Made by a program: the position numbers and the translations under genes
IMG/VR virus record: IMGVR_UViG_3300012667_000578
Location: 1 to 38,310 of that record
DNA length: 38,310 nt
Direction: 5' to 3' (one strand)
Source: a virus
Lineage: Duplodnaviria > Caudoviricetes
Shown: one piece after another, positions 33,566-38,310 of the stretch
Layout: the number at the start of each line of letters is the position of its first letter
Position numbering within the stretch: the first letter of the stretch is position 1
The notes under the pieces: generated by a model
The model's database searches: none
What the model was told of the DNA's origin: nothing
The model's input: the letters and a program-made list of their open reading frames with translations, nothing else

Positions 33566-34496
33566 CAAAATGGAAGCAGCAGTAAATTCGCTGCTGATTA
33601 TGGACGAACCATCCCAGCCGGATGAGGCACCGCAGGAAAATTCTGCGCCCGAACCGGAAATGGAAGCGCAAGAGACTGAAGCGCCGGAGGCTGAGGAGTA
33701 TGAACCCGAGGCGTCCGAAGATGTCGAAGCCGTGGAAGAAGATACAGCACAGGAACAAGCGCCCTCAAAATACACCGTCAAGGTTGACGGCAAGGAAGTT
33801 GAGGTAACGCTGGACGACCTTAAGCGTTCGTTTTCCGGTCAGGCTTATATCCAGAAGGGGATGCAGGAGGCAGCCGAGGCTCGCAAGGCCGCGACTGATC
33901 TTTTCCAGAACCTTCAAGCCGAACAAGCGAAGTTCATGCAGGTGGTGCAAACCATTCAAGAGCAGGGCTTCAAGGCACCCCCGCAAGCGCCTGACATGGC
34001 GATGATGGACAAAGACCCCATCGGATACATGCAGGCTGATGCGCGTTACAGGAAAGAGCTTGGTGAGTATCAGGTTCAGCAACAGCAGATCCAGCAAACG
34101 GCGATGGCACATCGTCAAATGCAGGACCGGCAGATGGCTGAATTTGTTGCTGAACAAAGCAAGCTCCTGCAATCGCGCATCCCAGAGTTTGCCGACGCGA
34201 ATAAGGCCCGTGAAGTCACGGGCAAGATCCGCGCGACAGCCACTGAGGCTTACGGTTTTTCGGACCAAGAAATTGGCGGCATCGTTGATGCCCGTCAGGT
34301 TCAAGTCCTTTACGACGCGATGAAGTGGCGTGAATTGCAGGCTGCGCGGACCAAACAGGCACCCGCTGCACCCAAGTCAATCAAGCCAGTTGCGCGCCGT
34401 GCGGAGCCGCAGCCACTTGTTCGGAAAAAGCAGATCGACGCAGCGCGGAAGACTGGTGGCAAGCCTGAGGCTTTCATCGATCTTCTGTTTAAATGA
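33552..34496 (+). CDS. Capsid scaffolding protein
   Basis: Acidic N-terminus, YTVKVDGKEVEVTLDDL motif and coiled coil; precedes the capsid gene. The start (GTG 33552) is approximate. Confidence 0.85.
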   Translation: MDATDKMEAAVNSLLIMDEPSQPDEAPQENSAPEPEMEAQETEAPEAEEYEPEASEDVEAVEEDTAQEQAPSKYTVKVDGKEVEVTLDDLKRSFSGQAYIQKGMQEAAEARKAATDLFQNLQAEQAKFMQVVQTIQEQGFKAPPQAPDMAMMDKDPIGYMQADARYRKELGEYQVQQQQIQQTAMAHRQMQDRQMAEFVAEQSKLLQSRIPEFADANKAREVTGKIRATATEAYGFSDQEIGGIVDARQVQVLYDAMKWRELQAARTKQAPAAPKSIKPVARRAEPQPLVRKKQIDAARKTGGKPEAFIDLLFK

Positions 34497-34516
34497 ACCC
34501 CTAAGGAGTTTGGATC

Positions 34517-35473
34517 ATGGCACAGCCGACCAACACCCTGGATAGCTACGACGTCCGTGGCATCCGCGAAGACCTCCAGGATATCATCTATGATATCTCC
34601 CCCGAAGAAACGCCGTTCTACACCAAGTCCGGCAAGGCAAAAGCGACCAACACGCTGCACGAGTGGCAGACCGACGCTCTGCGTTCGTCCGCTGACAACG
34701 CGCACATCGAAGGCGGCGACACTGCCCCCGAAGCGCGCTCGGTCACGACCCGTCTGGGCAACTACACCCAGATCTTCAAGAACTCGGTCGCCATCCCTGG
34801 CACCGATGATGGCCTGAACAAAGCCGGTCGCGCACGCGAAATGGCCTATCAGGTTCTGAAGATCGCCAAAGAGCAGAAGCTCGACATTGAAAAGGCCCTG
34901 TTTGCCAATCAGGCACGCTCGGCTGGCTCGTCGGTTGCTGCTCGTCGTTTGGCTGGTGCGCCCGCTTGGCTGACCACCAACACCAACTTCCAGTCTGGCA
35001 ACGGCGGCGCTGACCCGACCGGCGACGGCACCAACGCCCGCACGGACGATGGCACCCCGACGGCTTTCGATCAGACGAAGTTCGACAGCGTGATGCAGCA
35101 GATCTGGGTTGCCGGTGGCAAGCCCGACACCGTTTATCTGTCGGCGTTCCAGATGAACAAGGCCCTGACCTTTACCGGCAACAACAACCAGCGTTCCAAC
35201 GTGACCGCTGAAGCTGAGAAGGTCATCAAGCACATGTCGGTCTATGTGACCCCGTGGGGCACCGTGGAATTCATGCCTTCGCGTGAAAACCGCAGCCGCG
35301 ACGTGTTCATCATGCAGGACGATATGTGGGCTGTTGGCGTTCTGCGCCCGACCCGCAACACCGAGCTTGCCAAGACCGGCGACAGCGAAAAGCGCCAGAT
35401 CATCACCGAACTGACCCTCATTTGCAAAAATGAAAAGTCGTCCGGTGCGGTCTATGATTCAACCGTTTCGTAA
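34517..35473 (+). CDS. Major capsid protein, DUF5309 family
   Basis: Motifs GIREDLQDIIYDISPEETPF, HEWQTD, NYTQI and LAKTGD. TAAGGAG SD and strongly biased codons. Confidence 0.9.
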   Translation: MAQPTNTLDSYDVRGIREDLQDIIYDISPEETPFYTKSGKAKATNTLHEWQTDALRSSADNAHIEGGDTAPEARSVTTRLGNYTQIFKNSVAIPGTDDGLNKAGRAREMAYQVLKIAKEQKLDIEKALFANQARSAGSSVAARRLAGAPAWLTTNTNFQSGNGGADPTGDGTNARTDDGTPTAFDQTKFDSVMQQIWVAGGKPDTVYLSAFQMNKALTFTGNNNQRSNVTAEAEKVIKHMSVYVTPWGTVEFMPSRENRSRDVFIMQDDMWAVGVLRPTRNTELAKTGDSEKRQIITELTLICKNEKSSGAVYDSTVS

Positions 35474-35485
35474 GGAGGGTCAGAC

Positions 35486-35923
35486 ATGGCTTCGGAATAC
35501 AAACCCAACCTCGGCGTGATTGCGATCACGGCCGCCACCACGCTTGATGATGATGCCTACGCTGGCCGCACCATCAACCTGAACTCCACCACGGGCCGCA
35601 TTGTGACGCTGCCCGCTGCCACGGGTTCGGGCGCCAGCTACACGATCTTCGTGGGCGCAACCGTCTCCAGCGGTTCGCACGTGATCCGTGTGGCATCGTC
35701 GGCCGACGTGATCCAAGGCACCGTGGCGATTGCCACGGACATCGCCGGCGTAACCGTTCCCACGGCTTCGGACACCGACACCATCACCCTCAGTGGCTCG
35801 ACCACTGGCGGCGTGCGTGGCTCGCTGCTTGAGCTTCAGGACGTTGCATCGGGGATCTGGTCCGTGCGCGGCTCGCTGGTGTCGACCGGCTCTGAGGCAA
35901 CCCCGTTCTCGGCGGCTGTCTGA
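35486..35923 (+). CDS. Putative capsid decoration protein
   Basis: Beta-rich, highly biased codons and AAGGAGG SD; lies between the capsid gene and a terminator. Confidence 0.55.
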   Translation: MASEYKPNLGVIAITAATTLDDDAYAGRTINLNSTTGRIVTLPAATGSGASYTIFVGATVSSGSHVIRVASSADVIQGTVAIATDIAGVTVPTASDTDTITLSGSTTGGVRGSLLELQDVASGIWSVRGSLVSTGSEATPFSAAV

Positions 35924-35929
35924 TAATGC

Positions 35930-35958
35930 TGGGGGCGGCTTCGGTCGCCCCCACTTTT
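35930..35958 (+). terminator. Intrinsic terminator with UUCG loop
   Basis: TGGGGGCGGC-TTCG-GTCGCCCCCA-CTTTT. Confidence 0.85.
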
Positions 35959-35972
35959 AACGCGGGGAAATC

Positions 35973-36293
35973 ATGACGCAGGTCTGGGTTAAAACCAACG
36001 AAGGTGCTATCATGCGCCTCGGGGACGCGCAGAAGGCGCGCAAAACGAATGAGGCGCTGACCTATGAAGTTGTCGGAGAGAATGACGGTCGAGGATGGGA
36101 CGCTGCACATTCAGCAGACCCACGACTTCACGCCGGTGGCCGAGAAGTCAAAGGCGATGCAGTCGGCGGGGATGTGGGACCTGGGCGAGAGCCGGTTGGT
36201 GGCCAACATTCCGATGAAGTTGTGGGCGGAGTGGGCCAAGAAGCACGGCGTCCGCGCGGACGACCACGGCGCGATGAAGGAAGTCGTGCATAA
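35973..36293 (+). CDS. Hypothetical protein largely overlapping the next gene
   Basis: ATG after GGGGA; needed to fill 35973-36063. It overlaps 36064-36366 by 230 bp. Confidence 0.35.
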   Translation: MTQVWVKTNEGAIMRLGDAQKARKTNEALTYEVVGENDGRGWDAAHSADPRLHAGGREVKGDAVGGDVGPGREPVGGQHSDEVVGGVGQEARRPRGRPRRDEGSRA

Positions 36294-36366
36294 GGAATTG
36301 ATGAACTCGGACAACGCACATTTCCGGGTTTGGAATGGCAACCTCGGCCGCTTCAAGGCCAAATAA
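36064..36366 (+). CDS. Conserved head-module hypothetical protein
   Basis: Motif LVANIP...W...L.NSDN..FRVW.G.L. Confidence 0.7.
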   Translation: MKLSERMTVEDGTLHIQQTHDFTPVAEKSKAMQSAGMWDLGESRLVANIPMKLWAEWAKKHGVRADDHGAMKEVVHKELMNSDNAHFRVWNGNLGRFKAK

Positions 36367-36378
36367 AGGATCGAGCAG

Positions 36379-36723
36379 ATGGCAACGATTATCCCCACCA
36401 CGGTTGAGGAGCAGGTTCGGGCTGCTGCTTATCGCTGGACCGACTACAGCACGGCCGACACGGCAACGCCTGTGAAGCTGCAAAACATGCAGGGCCTGGC
36501 TGGCGCCGTGCAGGTGACCGGCACCTTTGGCGGGGCGACGATTACGCTGCAAGTGTCGAATGACGGCACCAACTTTGTGACGCTGAAGGATGGCACGGGC
36601 GCTGCGATCTCGTTCACGGCCGCTGGCTTCGCTGAGTTTTCGACTGCCGCTCTGTTCATCAAGCCGACGTCCTCGGGCGGCACGGCTGACAATGTGACTG
36701 TGACTGTCGTCCTCCGGGGGTAA
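36379..36723 (+). CDS. Small beta-sandwich virion protein
   Basis: Contains VQVTGTFGGATITLQVSNDGTNF; TAAGGA SD. Confidence 0.65.
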   Translation: MATIIPTTVEEQVRAAAYRWTDYSTADTATPVKLQNMQGLAGAVQVTGTFGGATITLQVSNDGTNFVTLKDGTGAAISFTAAGFAEFSTAALFIKPTSSGGTADNVTVTVVLRG

Positions 36724-36727
36724 TCCA

Positions 36728-38310
36728 ATGAATATGCCGCTTGCTCTGTTGAACCGTCGTCGCAGGGGTGGCGGCTTTTCCCCGAATGCCCTCTTTGCTC
36801 TTGCCGAACCCGGCGTCTGGTTCGACCCGTCTGACCTGACCACTTTGTTCCAAGACACCGCAGGCACGACGCCTGTGACGACGACTGGGCAATCCGTGGG
36901 CCTCATGCTGGATAAGTCCAAGGGGCTGGTGCTGGGGCCGGAGTTGCTTGCTGACCCTACGCTCGAAAACCCATCTTCTTGGACAGCTTCTGCTGTTAGT
37001 TTGGTCGTGACTGGTGGAAACGCGGTCTGGACCTCTGCTGCATCTGGGGTAAATCTACAGCCCTCTACTGGTCTGACCCCTGTAAGCGGTAGGTGGTACT
37101 ATGTAGAGGTGACCATTGCGTCGATTTCGGCAGGTGCTTTGCGCTTGAGCAACGAGGCAGGAACCGCCCTGTCTTCTGACTTCACTACGGCAGGGAAGAA
37201 GACCTTCTACGTTTTGGCTCCGTCCACCAGCAATCTTTCCCTGCGATCTGTTGGTACAACAACTGCATCTGTCTCTGATTATTCCGTCAAGGAACTCCCC
37301 GGCAACCACGCCGTGCAGGCCACCACTGCCAACCGCCCGATCTATGGTGTTCATCCTTTCGGTGGGCGTAGGAATTTGCTGGTGCGGACGGAGGATTTTG
37401 AGAATGCGAGTTGGTTAAAGCAAAGCGCAGGGACAGGTGTCGTTCCTGTTGTGACCACCAATGCAGCAATTGCCCCAGATGGCACAACTACTGCTGATCT
37501 CGTCTCCTTTAACCGTGGCGCGGGGAACCTTGTCGCTGACCGCAGCGTCCTCGTGCAGGCACCCAGCGGGATTACGTCTGCCACTTACGTTGGCAGTATT
37601 TGGCTTAAAGCTGCTACATCTGGTGACATCGGAAAGCAGATAGGTGTTCGCACTGTTGGTGGTTCTACCTACGGTGTTGAAACGCTTACTGCCGATTGGG
37701 TGCGCGTTACGAGGGTTGAAACAGGCTCATCTTCAAACTTTGAACTTGCGTCTCGTGGAACAATCACGGCAGACAATCAGGTATCTGTCCTCATCTGGGG
37801 CGCACAACTCGAAACAGGCTCCACCGCCACGGCCTACCAGCGCGTGACCGACCAATACAACGTCACCGAGGCTGGTGTGTCGTCTGTCAGCTACCTGTTC
37901 TTCGACGGGGTAAACGACAGCTTGGCTACCTCCACGATCACGCCGGGGGTTGATAAGGCTCAAGTGTTCGCCGGGGTGCGGAACCTGCAAACTTTAGCTG
38001 TTGGAGCTATTGTCGAACACTCAGCGTCTACTGCTACCAATAATGGCGCATTTATCCTCGCCGCCCGCGAAGGTGTCTCAAACTACTTCTTTGGCCCAAA
38101 GGGAACTGTTGGCGCAGAGGTTAGGTCTCCAGCAAGTTACCCGGCCCCCATTACCAACACCCTAACAGGCATCGGTGACATCTCAGGGGACAGCGCCGCG
38201 TTGCGCGTAAACGGCACCCAAGTTGCCACATCGACCACTGACCAAGGCACAGGCAACTTCCTCGCCTATCCGCTCTACATCGGCGCACGGGCAAGCACGT
38301 CCTTGTTCTT
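36728..38310 (+). CDS. Modular LamG/lectin-like virion spike or receptor-binding protein (open to the window end; C-terminal allele B)
   Basis: Translated by hand with no stop. Segments: WFDPSDLTTLFQDTAGTTPV...LMLDKS; insert GPELL...SVKELPGNHAVQ; insert RNLL..TEDF...WGAQLETGSTATAYQ; then YLFFDGVNDSL plus a LamG-like region. About 562 aa if joined to 1-506. Confidence 0.8.
   Translation, partial: MNMPLALLNRRRRGGGFSPNALFALAEPGVWFDPSDLTTLFQDTAGTTPVTTTGQSVGLMLDKSKGLVLGPELLADPTLENPSSWTASAVSLVVTGGNAVWTSAASGVNLQPSTGLTPVSGRWYYVEVTIASISAGALRLSNEAGTALSSDFTTAGKKTFYVLAPSTSNLSLRSVGTTTASVSDYSVKELPGNHAVQATTANRPIYGVHPFGGRRNLLVRTEDFENASWLKQSAGTGVVPVVTTNAAIAPDGTTTADLVSFNRGAGNLVADRSVLVQAPSGITSATYVGSIWLKAATSGDIGKQIGVRTVGGSTYGVETLTADWVRVTRVETGSSSNFELASRGTITADNQVSVLIWGAQLETGSTATAYQRVTDQYNVTEAGVSSVSYLFFDGVNDSLATSTITPGVDKAQVFAGVRNLQTLAVGAIVEHSASTATNNGAFILAAREGVSNYFFGPKGTVGAEVRSPASYPAPITNTLTGIGDISGDSAALRVNGTQVATSTTDQGTGNFLAYPLYIGARASTSLF

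Noticed and set aside
34517-35923. Programmed frameshift or readthrough extending the capsid protein
   Set aside because: No slippery heptamer was seen at the capsid 3' end, and the next gene has its own strong SD.
37911-38310. True direct terminal repeat of the virion DNA
   Set aside because: Only 55 bp are identical (a typical assembler k-mer) and it lies mid-gene; the rest is divergent. Genuine DTRs are identical.

Overview
Apparently complete, circularly assembled genome (about 37,910 bp plus a 400-bp alternative end) of a tailed dsDNA phage. Its structural genes are podovirus-type (DUF5309-family capsid, P22-like portal, gp10-like hub and ejection proteins). The host is probably an alphaproteobacterium, inferred from about 60% GC, apparent GANTC scarcity and gene content. 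Modules in order: lysis cassette and an HTH-metallophosphoesterase (+, 0.9-3.6 kb); leftward accessory operon with two HNH endonucleases, microproteins and a pentapeptide-repeat protein (3.7-9.1 kb); Cro-like HTH, adenine methylase and DUF6378 (+); leftward recombination genes (VRR-NUC, SF2 helicase, Cas4-like exonuclease, SSB, Sak4); primase-polymerase/helicase; AT-rich putative origin; terminase; tail and ejection genes; then portal, scaffold and capsid; and a modular lectin-like virion protein spanning the contig ends. I found no integrase, partition system, reverse transcriptase, RNA polymerase, tRNA or CRISPR array. Three features stand out. (i) A ~100-nt three-way-junction RNA (3548-3647, minus strand) has its own promoter and two 8-nt segments complementary to the early-operon leader, resembling C4-type antisense control. 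(ii) A promoter-hairpin-SD leader cassette occurs twice (5198-5287 and 19039-19131). (iii) Two divergent alleles of the C-terminal domain of the putative receptor-binding protein sit at the contig ends. All family assignments are from motif recognition by eye; no database searches were run.
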